Shown here piece by piece: positions 40,047-49,655 of a stretch of DNA of 64,000 nt. Both the position numbers and the translations under genes were made by a program. Below the pieces are notes generated by a model. It had not been told where the DNA came from and made no database searches. It saw only the letters and a list, made by a program, of their open reading frames with translations. The DNA lies in the NCBI GenBank assembly GCA_963823035.1, contig CAWGKG010000014.1:480001-544000 (forward strand), given 5' to 3'. How positions within the stretch are numbered: position 1 is the first letter of the stretch; every line of letters starts with the position of its first letter. Origin of the DNA: an uncultured Gemmatimonadales bacterium (GTDB lineage: Bacteria > Gemmatimonadota > Gemmatimonadetes > Longimicrobiales > Gaopeijiaceae).

Positions 40047-40536
40047 ATGCGCACCGGCCTCCTGTCCTTCGTGTCCCTCTGCCTCCTTGCGGGGTCCGCG
40101 CAGGCTCAGACCTGCAGCAAGACGCCGCGCACCCTTCCTCCCCGACCTCTTCCCGCAGAGCGCCGCGGGACTTCCACTGGAGTTCTCCACGGCGCCGGGC
40201 GCGGGCTGCATGGCCCTCTACCGTCCCGCCGACAACGAGGCGCGCCGCACGGTCCTGTGGGCCAGCGTGAGCGCGGAAACCGAGCCCGACGCGAGGATGG
40301 GAGACTCGGCGGCGGGGGTCCTGAGCTGGCTGTCCGGCAACTCCGGCACGTCGATCGTGATGGTGGACGACTGGCCCGTGGGCTTCTCGCAGAAGGCGAC
40401 CGGTGACGAGTTCCTGACCGTGCGCGGGTCCGTGCGGATCAAGATCTCCGTCAAGAACGGCGACCACGGTGACGCGAGCAAGAGTCTCGCGGTTCCGCTG
40501 ATCCAGCAGATGCTCGCGAAGGTGCCCTGCGGGTGA
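40047..40536 (+). CDS. Hypothetical secreted protein; frameshift near 40125
   Basis: RBS GAGGAGG, signal MRTGLLSFVSLCLLAGSAQA; body continues in another frame; GTGA overlap with next gene. Confidence 0.5.
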
Positions 40537-43178
40537 ACCCGAACCCGGGCGGTCTGCCCATCACGACGGCACAGGCCGACCCGGGTCTCGAGGGCTCGAA
40601 TGCCACACGCCGAGCCCTGCTGGTCCTCTTCTTCCTCTCGGGCGCCTGCGGCCTCGTCTACGAGGTCGTGTGGATGCGGGCGCTCACGCTCGTGTTCGGC
40701 GCGACCGCGTTCGCGACGAGCACCATCCTCGCCGCCTTCTTCACGGGTCTGGCACTCGGGAGCCTGACGTTCGGGAGGATCGCGGACCGCCGCTCGAGCC
40801 CGTTGAAGATCTACGCGTTGCTCGAGGCGGGGATCGGCGTCTTCGCGTTCGCGATGCCGTTTCTGCTGGCGGGGCTGAGCGACGTCTACGTCGACATCGC
40901 CCGCCGCTGGTCGATCGGCTACTACGCGATCAACGCGGTGCGTTTCTCCCTGTCGTTCCTGGTGTTGCTCATCCCCGCCACCCTCATGGGCGGCACCCTC
41001 CCGGTGGTCGTGAAGTTCTTCGCGCGGGAGGATGGGCGGCTGGGCCGTGACATCGGCTGGCTCTACGCGGTCAACACCTTCGGCGCCGTGGTGGGGACGT
41101 TCCTCGCCGGGTTCCTCCTGATCCTCCTCCTGGGCGTGCGGGAGACCGCCTGGGCGGCGGGCGCCCTGAACTTCCTCGTGGCGGCCGCCGTGTGGGCACT
41201 CGCCCGCCGGGAGGCACGCCGGCCCGCGCCATCCGTCGCGGTCACGGACGCGGACGCCACCGCTGAAGGGGAGGAGCAGCTCCCCCGCATCTCGTCCCAC
41301 GTGGCCCGGCTGGCGCTCTGGACGGCAGGGATCTCCGGGTTCTGCGCACTGGCGCTCGAGGTGTTGTGGACGCGTTCGCTCGTCTTCTTCCTCGACAACT
41401 CCACGCACGCCTTCAGCACGATCCTCACCGCGTTCCTGATCGGCATCGCGCTGGGCAGCGCGGTGGTGGCCCGGTGGATCGACCGCGGCGCGCGGCTGCT
41501 CACCGGGCTCGGGGTGCTGCAGGTGATGGTCGGCGTCTCCGCCGTGCTCGCCATGCCGGTGCTCAACCACACCAGCCCCGTCCTCGAGCGGATGACCGAT
41601 GTGACGCCCGACGCGCTGCTCTACTGGAAGTGGACGGGGATGCGCTTCGTCACGAGCCTCTCGGTCATGCTCGTGCCCACCGTCCTCATGGGGATGGCGT
41701 TCCCCCTCGCCGCGAGGATCCATGCCCGCCGCGTCGCGTCGGTCGGGACGGCGCTCGGGAACGTGTACTCCCTCAATACCTTCGCGGGCGTGGTCGGGTC
41801 GGTCGCGGCCGGCTTCGTGCTCATCCCCCTCCTCGGGATGCGCGCGAGCATCCTCCTGGTGGCGGCGATCAGCGTCGCCCTCGGCGCCGTGCTCATCCTG
41901 TCGGATCCGGCGGCCACGAGGCCCGGGCGGATGCGGACGCTCGGCGCCATGGGCGTCGTTACGGCGGCGGTCGGCGCGCTCTACCTCTCCATCGGGAAGG
42001 AGCCCCTCACCTCCTACATCGAGCGGATGGACGCCGACACCGTGCTCGCCTACCACGAGGACATCGGCGCCACCGTCAAGGTCTTCGCCGACACCCTCGG
42101 TCAGAAGTACGTGAGCATCGACGGGTTCCCGGTGGCGGGCACGTCGCTCGGCCTCCTGGACGCCCAGAAATCGCTGTCGGCCCTGCCCATGCTGCTCACC
42201 CCGGTCGACTCGCCGCGCGTGAACATCGTCGGCTTCGGCGCGGGCGGTACGTCGTGGGGCATTCTCCAGTACGGCGTGGAGAAGATCGACTGCGTGGAGC
42301 TGGTGCCCGCGGTGCTCGAGGCGGCCGTCTGGTTCCCCGAAGTGAACCACGGCGTGATCGGCCAACCGCGCTACAACGTCATCCGTGGCGACGGCCGCAA
42401 CTACGCCCTGGTCTCGGACGAGACCTACGACGTCATCTCGATCGACGCGACGTCCCCCAAGATGGCGGGCAACGGAAGCCTGTACGCGCTCGAGTTCTAC
42501 GAGCTGCTCGACCAGCGCCTCTCGGACCAGGGGCTGGTGGCGCAGTGGCTGCCCTTCCACCTCCTGTCGGACGCCGAGATGCGCATGACGGCCGCCACCT
42601 TCCAGGCGGTCTTCCCGCACTCGACGCTCTGGTTCTCGCCGATCCGACACCACGCCGTGCTCATCGGCACGAAGCAGCCGCTCCGCATCGACTACGGGCG
42701 GCTGGAGCGGAGGCTCGAGATGGAGGGTGTGCGGGCCGAGTTGCGTCCCATGAACGTGACGTCCGCCTTCGACGTCCTCGGGTGGTTCGCGATGGGGGAG
42801 GAAGCGCTGCGGGCCTACACGGAGGGCGCGCGGATCAACACCGACGACCACCCCTACCTCGAGTTCGCGCCCGCAATGGCGTACTTCGTGTCCAGGAGCT
42901 ACCTGGTGCGGAACCTCCTGAACATCCGGGAGTCGCGAGAGAGCCCCCTTCCGCTCCTGGTGGACACCGGCGCCACGGAAGCGGAAACGGCCGAGGTGGC
43001 CGAGGCGGTGCTCCGTCGATTCCAGGCGACGCAGTACAGCATCGCCGGCGACGCCTACTACTTCGCCGGGCAGACCGAGGAGGCCCTCCGCCAGTACGAT
43101 CGGGCGCTCGCCACGGATCCGCGCGAGAAGAACTGGCTGCACCCGGCCTGGGCGGGCGTCACGCGGGTCCTCCGCTAG
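40533..43178 (+). CDS. Fused MFS/spermidine-synthase-like membrane protein with C-terminal TPR
   Basis: LFFLSGACGLVYEVVW, YAVNTFG duplicated TM block; GFGAGGT, VEL, DGR, DVISID, NTDDHP.LEF. Confidence 0.88.
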   Translation: MNPNPGGLPITTAQADPGLEGSNATRRALLVLFFLSGACGLVYEVVWMRALTLVFGATAFATSTILAAFFTGLALGSLTFGRIADRRSSPLKIYALLEAGIGVFAFAMPFLLAGLSDVYVDIARRWSIGYYAINAVRFSLSFLVLLIPATLMGGTLPVVVKFFAREDGRLGRDIGWLYAVNTFGAVVGTFLAGFLLILLLGVRETAWAAGALNFLVAAAVWALARREARRPAPSVAVTDADATAEGEEQLPRISSHVARLALWTAGISGFCALALEVLWTRSLVFFLDNSTHAFSTILTAFLIGIALGSAVVARWIDRGARLLTGLGVLQVMVGVSAVLAMPVLNHTSPVLERMTDVTPDALLYWKWTGMRFVTSLSVMLVPTVLMGMAFPLAARIHARRVASVGTALGNVYSLNTFAGVVGSVAAGFVLIPLLGMRASILLVAAISVALGAVLILSDPAATRPGRMRTLGAMGVVTAAVGALYLSIGKEPLTSYIERMDADTVLAYHEDIGATVKVFADTLGQKYVSIDGFPVAGTSLGLLDAQKSLSALPMLLTPVDSPRVNIVGFGAGGTSWGILQYGVEKIDCVELVPAVLEAAVWFPEVNHGVIGQPRYNVIRGDGRNYALVSDETYDVISIDATSPKMAGNGSLYALEFYELLDQRLSDQGLVAQWLPFHLLSDAEMRMTAATFQAVFPHSTLWFSPIRHHAVLIGTKQPLRIDYGRLERRLEMEGVRAELRPMNVTSAFDVLGWFAMGEEALRAYTEGARINTDDHPYLEFAPAMAYFVSRSYLVRNLLNIRESRESPLPLLVDTGATEAETAEVAEAVLRRFQATQYSIAGDAYYFAGQTEEALRQYDRALATDPREKNWLHPAWAGVTRVLR

Positions 43179-43198
43179 AAGGACGAGGCAGGCCTCTC

Positions 43199-44996
43199 CT
43201 ACCCTGCCTTGCGCACCTCCCGCCCGGGCTTGATCCCGGTGATCCCCCACTGCAGACGGTCCAGACCCTGCCGCGAGAGCCCGCCACGCAGGTCGACCCA
43301 GGTCACCTGCCGGAGGAAGAGCGGCAGCTTCGGCTGCGCAGACGCGCCGGGGAGGAGCACGGGGATCACCGGCATGCGCCGCGCGACGCACTGATCGAGA
43401 CACGCTCGCATCTCGGGCTCCTCCCACGGGCCGATGCCGTCCTTCCCGATGAGCACGGCCGCGCTCGTCACGGTCTCGATCACCTCTTCGATGGCCTTCT
43501 GCCACGGCCGGCCGGGCACCAGCTCCCACTGGTCGAGCCAGACGCGCACGCCCCGCTCGCGAAGGGCCTCGCCCAGCTCGATCACCGCCGGCTTGTCCAT
43601 CGAGTTGTGGCTGAGGAAGACGTCGAAGGGCGTGGACACCGCGGCCCCGGCGGTCACCGGTCGACCCACGATGGTCGGCGTCGCCGCCGCCCGCCGCGCC
43701 CTCGCCCTTCCCTGCTGCAGGCGCGCACCTCCGGCCAGGACGCCCACCATCCCCCACAGGGCGACGAGTGGATAGCTGACGTCGATCCAGATCAGGCCCG
43801 CGCGCATCGCGAGCGCCGCGGAGGCCAGCACCGCCACGGAGAGGATCGCGGCCACGAGCAACAGCGGACGCAGCCCTCCGCCCCGTGCCTGGACGAGCGT
43901 CAGCAGCCAGCACAGCGCGAAGATCACAGGGAGCAGCCAGCGCGTGTCCACCCGCCGGATGACATGGTCGGTGCGCAGGCCCTGCGCGGCGTACGCCTGG
44001 ATCAGGACCCCGGGGAGCGGTCCGTAGGGCGTGGCGCGCACGTCGCCCTCACGGTCCGACCCGACGATGACGAAGCGGTCGCGGAAGATCGCCGACGCCG
44101 CCTCGTCCGGCACACCCTGGAGGATGGGGGGCCGCGTCTCGGGCGCGACGTACTGCACGAGACCCACGCGCGGCAGCCCCCCGTCTCCCCGGGCGAGCAG
44201 CGACGCGATCCGCCAGCTGAACGAGCGCAGCGTCGTGTCCGCGAGGTGGGAGGTGGGCACCATGCGGACCTCGCCGTCCGCCTCCTCGAGGCCCGTCAGC
44301 GTGCCCTGGCGCTCGGTGAGGGACGCACCCTCGGATCTCGGGCGCGAGGGGAACGCGCACGGGCGAGCCGTCGCGGTCCTCGACCCTGTAGCCGAGCACG
44401 ACGGGAACGCCGGCCGCTTCCGCCTGGTCGATCCGCGCGCACAGGATCCGATCGACGCGTGAGCTGTCCTGGAGCGTGTAGTCGAACGCGATCCCCTTCG
44501 CCTGCTGCGCCACCGCGCGGGCGATGAGGCCGGCCTCGGTGAGCCTGGCCTCGTCGTACGAGTCGCCGGCGAAGGAGGGGAGCGTCACCAGCACCACGTC
44601 CCTCATCGGCGGCGCGGGGACCGCGAGTCGGTAGTGCCAATCGCCGAGTCCGTTCACGCCATGCACGTTCGAGGGCGCCTCGTCCTCGAAGCCCGAGAGG
44701 GTCACCCGCTGGCCCTCCAGGACGCGCGTGCCCTCGGCCACGGCGAACAGCAGGCAGTACGTCACGAAGAACGGGAGGAACCCCCCGCCCAGGAGGAGCC
44801 TGCGGTGGCGGACGAGAGGGTAGCCGAGCACCGCCGCCACCACGAGGAGCGGCGCCAGGAGGAGGGCCACCGCGAGGGGTCGCTCGGAGAAGGTGCCGAC
44901 GGCGCCGACGAGGAAGTACGCGGCCAGCAGGACGGGGACGCAGGCCAGGAGGATCCGGAGCTGCTCGCGCCGGATCGCGGCGCCGGGATCGCTCAA
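43199..44996 (-). CDS. Membrane CHASE2-TIR protein; frameshift near 44320
   Basis: N-terminal TMs; CHASE2 motifs DVVLV, AKGIAFD, DGEVR, VIVG..D...TPYG.LPGV.IQA; 3 TMs; TIR FDVFLSHN.MDK...VWLDQWEL.PG..W...PWEEPE..IPVLLPG. Confidence 0.85.
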
Positions 44997-44997
44997 G

Positions 44998-46185
44998 TCA
45001 GTCCTGCCGTCCGAGCAGCGCACCCAGCTCGGCGAGCTCCGCCGCGGACAGCGCGTCGCCCCTGCCGTGGAGGACCAGCGCGCGGCTGACGTGAGCGCGC
45101 ACCTGGTCGTCGTCGCCGCGCAGCGCGTAGGCCTTCGCGAGCGCGTAGTGGTCACGCGCGTGTGCGTAGCCCGACGCAACCCTCGCCTCGAGGTGCGCGA
45201 TCGCCTCGTCCACGCGGCCGGTGGCGATGAGGCGCAGATCACCGTCCGTGGTGGGCGCCGCCGGCGCGACCGCGTCGGTCGCCACGCGCATGTCGGGGCG
45301 CGCGCGCGTGATCGCCGTGACCTGGGCGCCGGTCAGGCCGGGTCGCGCGGTGACGACGGAGGGATCGATCCGGTACCGGCGCAACTGGGCCTCGTCGCGC
45401 ACGTTCACGCGCCGGAGGTTGTACATGGCCCGGTCGTTCATGTCGTAGCGGATCTGCTCCTTCGCCAGGGCCACGCGCTTCGCCGTGTCTGCGGGGTGGG
45501 CGAGCACTTCCATGTGCAGCGCGGTAAGCGCACGGAGCGTCGCGGCCGTGTCCTGCACCGCAGCGCCCCGCGTGGTGGCCGCCGCGAGATCGAAGCGCGC
45601 GTAGGTCGTCGCCGAGCGCGCCAGGTCCCGCGGCGTGTTCGCGTGTAGCGTGACGCTCTGGAGTCCACTCCATACCAGCTTCTGTCCGGCCGCCGCCGTG
45701 ACGCTCGGGTTGGAGAGCACGCGCACGGACTCGTCGTACACGTAGCAGTTGAACACGAGCGCGTTTCCGCGGCGGCGGAGCTCCACGGCGTACTGCGTGC
45801 CGGTGCTTCCCAGCGTGACGCCTCCGGCCGACGTCTCCGTCGGGGCTTCCGCCACCACCTCCGTGAGCCCCGAGAGGAGGTTCACGTGACAGCTGGCCGT
45901 GGTCGGCACGTCGATGAGGACCCGGAAGGGCGCGTCGACCAGGTAGGTGTTCGTCCCCTCGGGCGCGCTGCAGGTCAGGCTGACGGAAACGTCCTCCGCC
46001 TCGGCCACCAGGAGGTCGCCCGGCTCGAGCTCCATCCCGACGGCGGCCGCCTCGGGTCGGTCGGCACCGAGCCGATGCACCGCGACATCCGCCGCAGCCG
46101 GCAGGATCGCTTCCACGCGGGCCTGCGCAGCGACCGAAGCCGGAAGCAGGCCCACGAGGCAGCAGATGGGGGCCCAGCCGCGCAT
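44998..46185 (-). CDS. Secreted FecR-like beta domain + TPR protein
   Basis: RBS AAGGAG; signal peptide; GMELEPGDLL, GSTGTQYAV, VYDESVRV FecR-like motifs; C-terminal TPR (HYALAKAYA). Confidence 0.65.
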   Translation of the reverse strand: MRGWAPICCLVGLLPASVAAQARVEAILPAAADVAVHRLGADRPEAAAVGMELEPGDLLVAEAEDVSVSLTCSAPEGTNTYLVDAPFRVLIDVPTTASCHVNLLSGLTEVVAEAPTETSAGGVTLGSTGTQYAVELRRRGNALVFNCYVYDESVRVLSNPSVTAAAGQKLVWSGLQSVTLHANTPRDLARSATTYARFDLAAATTRGAAVQDTAATLRALTALHMEVLAHPADTAKRVALAKEQIRYDMNDRAMYNLRRVNVRDEAQLRRYRIDPSVVTARPGLTGAQVTAITRARPDMRVATDAVAPAAPTTDGDLRLIATGRVDEAIAHLEARVASGYAHARDHYALAKAYALRGDDDQVRAHVSRALVLHGRGDALSAAELAELGALLGRQD

Positions 46186-46389
46186 GGTGATCTCCTTCTC
46201 GACGGCCGTGCCTGGGGGGGCGACTCCAACCTTGAGCCGGCCCGCGCGCCGTGCAAGGCGCGCGTGCGGAAGGCGCATATCGGCGTGCTGCGGATCACTC
46301 TGCCGGGCCCCTCGATGAGCGTCAGCTCCCTCCGACCTCCGGTACGTACAGCTCCCCGCCCTTCTCCAGGAACTCGTCGGCCTTCGCGC

Positions 46390-47370
46390 CTAAGACGAGC
46401 CGTTCAGGCCGTCGCGCACCCAGGCCTCGACCTCGCGTACGAGCCCCTCGAAATCCCCCAGGAATCCCGCGCCCCGGGAGGGAGCGCCTGCAGGCAGACG
46501 CACCTGCGCCTGGCGGAGCTGACGGCGAGATTCATCGAGGAGGTCGCGTGCGCGGCTGCTCGCCACGTAGTCGCTCCAGCCTTCCCGCTCGGCGGTGTTC
46601 GCCCATTCCACCACGTGGGCGAGGAGGGCGAACACGGCCGCCCAGAACCGCCACTGCGGAAGGAACTGCCCCGCCGCTTGGGCCTCGCGGTCGGTCCGGG
46701 GCGTGTACAGCACCCGGCCCCATGCCTCCGGGTCCGCGTAGAACGACGAAGGACGGCCCTCGATCTCGTGGATGAAGCCCGCCAGGGTCATCTCCTCCGT
46801 GGCGGTCCGCAGCGCCCGCTCGGTGTAGGCCGTCGCTGCAGCGATCAACTTCAGGTCGGCCGGCGCGCCCGCAAGACCGATGAGCAGGGACAGCAGGTCG
46901 GCCTTCGCGTTGACACCGAACCCCGCGCGGAGCCGCAGCGTCAACGCGGGTCCCTCGACGAGCCGGAGCGCACCGATCGGCTTGATCCGCGGCGTGTACC
47001 CGTCGTCCAGGGGAGTGTCCCCCAGGCGCTTCCATCGCCTGTCCCCGCCGGCGACGGCGGGGCGAGCGAAGAGGCCGATCCGTTCCTGGACGGGTCGCGG
47101 GAATCGGGACGCCAACGTCCGCATCCGCTGCAGGCTCATCAGGTGCGAGGCGTCCGTGGCCCACGAGGCGACCACGTCGTCCAGCCGGCGCTCGCGGTGC
47201 CCCACGGCGAGCGAGGCGAGGACCAGCGCTTCGGGGTCCACGAGGGTCCAGGCGCGCCGACCCTCCGCAGGTAGGGCCGTGGCCGTCAACGCCGACCACT
47301 GCGCCCAGGCAGCATCGACGAGGGTGGCCTCGGCCGCTTCTCCGAGGCTAAGAACGGTCTCGATCGACAT
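46390..47370 (-). CDS. Hypothetical protein with internal HTH-like segment, probable antitoxin/regulator partner
   Basis: Overlaps NTase gene; W.QWS.L..VDPEAL, LRLRAGFGVNAKAD...IAAATAYT..ALR. Confidence 0.6.
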   Translation of the reverse strand: MSIETVLSLGEAAEATLVDAAWAQWSALTATALPAEGRRAWTLVDPEALVLASLAVGHRERRLDDVVASWATDASHLMSLQRMRTLASRFPRPVQERIGLFARPAVAGGDRRWKRLGDTPLDDGYTPRIKPIGALRLVEGPALTLRLRAGFGVNAKADLLSLLIGLAGAPADLKLIAAATAYTERALRTATEEMTLAGFIHEIEGRPSSFYADPEAWGRVLYTPRTDREAQAAGQFLPQWRFWAAVFALLAHVVEWANTAEREGWSDYVASSRARDLLDESRRQLRQAQVRLPAGAPSRGAGFLGDFEGLVREVEAWVRDGLNGSS

Positions 47371-47941
47371 GGCGGATCACGTCCTGGACGATGGAGCTCC
47401 ACTCGGGTGCCGCATCCTGGGCGCGAACCCACTCGGCCGCCGACTCCAGCTCGGCGGAGGTGGGCGAGAGCGCCCTGAGATCCTGGAGATGCACGCTCAG
47501 GCGACCTCCGTCCGCCGCCGCGAAGAGCTTCAGCGCGATCAGCGTCCGCCGCCCCACGAGGCCGACGTCCAGCCCTCCGCCGTAGTTCCGCCACGTGGTG
47601 TCTTCGAGCAAGCCGGGGGGAAGCCCGGTCGCCCACTGGGCCTCGACGGCAGCGTTCATCCAGTCCTCGCTCAAACCGAAGTCCCGTGCCACCGTCCGGA
47701 TCCCGCGGGTCAGACCCGGCGGGAAGGGCTCAGCGCGCTCCAGCCGGAGCGCTCCATCCTCGTCGCGAGAGGCGCGGGCGATGACGCCCACGTCGTTCGT
47801 GGCTCGCCGCACCACGCCCAGGAGATTCAGCGTCGCCCCGCCGACCACCACGACAGCCGCCGGCTCGTCGGCGGCTGCGAGGAGCTCGCCCAGCGCTCGG
47901 AGGGCGGCTTCCAGCTCTTCGGCGTGGAACTCGATGTCCAT
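47348..47941 (-). CDS. DUF6036/AbiEii-like nucleotidyltransferase
   Basis: VVVGGATL.L.G...RAT.DV, DWMN, LIALKLFA, H.QDL. Confidence 0.75.
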   Translation of the reverse strand: MDIEFHAEELEAALRALGELLAAADEPAAVVVVGGATLNLLGVVRRATNDVGVIARASRDEDGALRLERAEPFPPGLTRGIRTVARDFGLSEDWMNAAVEAQWATGLPPGLLEDTTWRNYGGGLDVGLVGRRTLIALKLFAAADGGRLSVHLQDLRALSPTSAELESAAEWVRAQDAAPEWSSIVQDVIRHVDRDRS

Positions 47942-47980
47942 GGAAGTTTACCTTCTGTTATTCGGAAGATATACTTCCAT
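47940..47980 (-). promoter_or_regulatory. Twin palindromic operators in AT-rich promoter
   Basis: GGAAG-tttac-CTTCT (47942) and GGAAG-atata-CTTCC (47964), 22 bp apart; outer 8-bp IR ATGGAAGT/ACTTCCAT. Confidence 0.7.
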
Positions 47981-48034
47981 TCTTGCCCACGCACCCGGTT
48001 TCGTCAAGTGCCGTGGGCCCCTACGACCCGCGTA

Positions 48035-49655
48035 CTACCACGCCCACCGCACCACCACGCCCCACGCCCCCCGGCTCCCCGTCGGCGCCAGCGGGAAGCT
48101 CACCTCACTCTCGCGGACGGTGGCCCGATCGTAGCGGGCCTCCAGCGAGACGGCCTGGCCGCCGGGGCTGAGCCAGCGCAGCGTCACCAGCCCGGAGAGC
48201 GTGCGCGACGCCATGGCCAGGTAGGAGAGCTCGGGGCCGATCCAGTCCCGGTAGCCCGCGCCGCGCTTCGTGGGGTCGGGGATCCCCCCGGAGGGCGTGT
48301 ACCACGCCAGCCCCGCGCCGGCACCGAGGGCGAATCGGTCGCTCACCTCCCGGGCCGCCTCGACGGCGAGCCCCGGGCGCCACGCCTTCACGGAGGAGTG
48401 GATGCGCGTGAGACGATCGATGCGGTCCCGGTCCTCCCGGACGACGGAGACGTGCGCGCCGGTCCTCCAGCCGTTCCCCGGATCGAAGCGGAGATCGAGG
48501 GCGCCGTCGAGGACGCTCTCGTCGGCCTCGAAGAGCACGCCTTCCTCCTCGAGCCCGGCCCGCGTCGCGTCGCCGGAGACGCTCGTCCAGCGGAGCATGG
48601 CCACGACGTGCGTTCCGCCGTCCGCCTCTCCCGCCTCCGCGGCCAGGCCGGCCGCGTGGCCCTTGGTGTTCCAGTGGTCGGTGGGCGGGTCGTTCGTGGT
48701 GAGCTGTTCGAACTGGCGCTCGTCGAGCTTGGAGGCCTCCCCGAACGCCACCCAGCGCACGCCGCCCGCCCGTAGCTCCGCGGACAGCGCGGCGGCACCA
48801 CCCTCGCGCTCCACGCGGCGGGCGTAGCCCTGCTTGGAGGCCAGGCGCGTGAGCACGGGCTCGCTGTAGCCCTCGAAGAGGAAGGCGGTGGTCTCGGCCT
48901 GGCGGGTCGAGAGGGAGAGCTGCTGGACCTCGGAGCGCCAGCGTCCGTGCGCCCCCACCGTCAGTCGCCCGGCGGCGAGGTCGCGCGTCACGCCTACCGT
49001 CGCGCCGGAGCGTGAGCCACGCTGGAAGCGCGGGAATCTGCGTGACGCCGGTGCGCGTGTCCCAGCTCTGGTGCCCCAGGCCGAGCCCGATCCCCCAATC
49101 GCCGAGCGTCCAGCCGCCCGCCCCCTCGAGGCGCGCCAGCGTGCGCCCCAGGTCCGTGCCCGACGAGTCGGCGAAGATGTGGGGCGTCATCCCGTAGGGC
49201 TCGCCGATGTCGGCGGGCGCGCCGTCGGCCATGGACGCGCGCTCCACGGTCACGCCGCCCACCACGCCGCCGGACGCGCCCAGGGGCCGCCACCCCGATG
49301 CGGAGGCGAGCAGGCTTCCCGCCCGTCCGGGGTCGAGGGGCCGCTTGAACACACCGCTCTCTCCGCGGGCGGCGCCCCGGAACTCCGTGTGCGCGTCGGC
49401 GGCGTCGCGGGCGAGCGTCGCCGGGTTCCCGGCGGTCCACGCGAGCCCGACGCGGGGCGCGGGCGTGAGCGTCACCAGCGGGAAGACGGGCACGGGCGCG
49501 GCAGGCCGCACCAGGTCGGCCACAGGGGCGAGGGGGCTCCATTGCCGCCACCACGCGTCGTCCGGCTGCGCGGGGGTCTGCGCTGCCACGGGCGCGGCCC
49601 ACGTCGCGGACGCGAGCACGAGGAGCACCGTCCATCCTCCCCGCGCGCCGGTCAC
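48035..49655 (-). CDS. Outer-membrane beta-barrel (DUF6850-like); frameshift near 49033
   Basis: Signal peptide, GNPA motif, G.FKRPLDP, amphipathic strands, terminal W. Confidence 0.7.
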
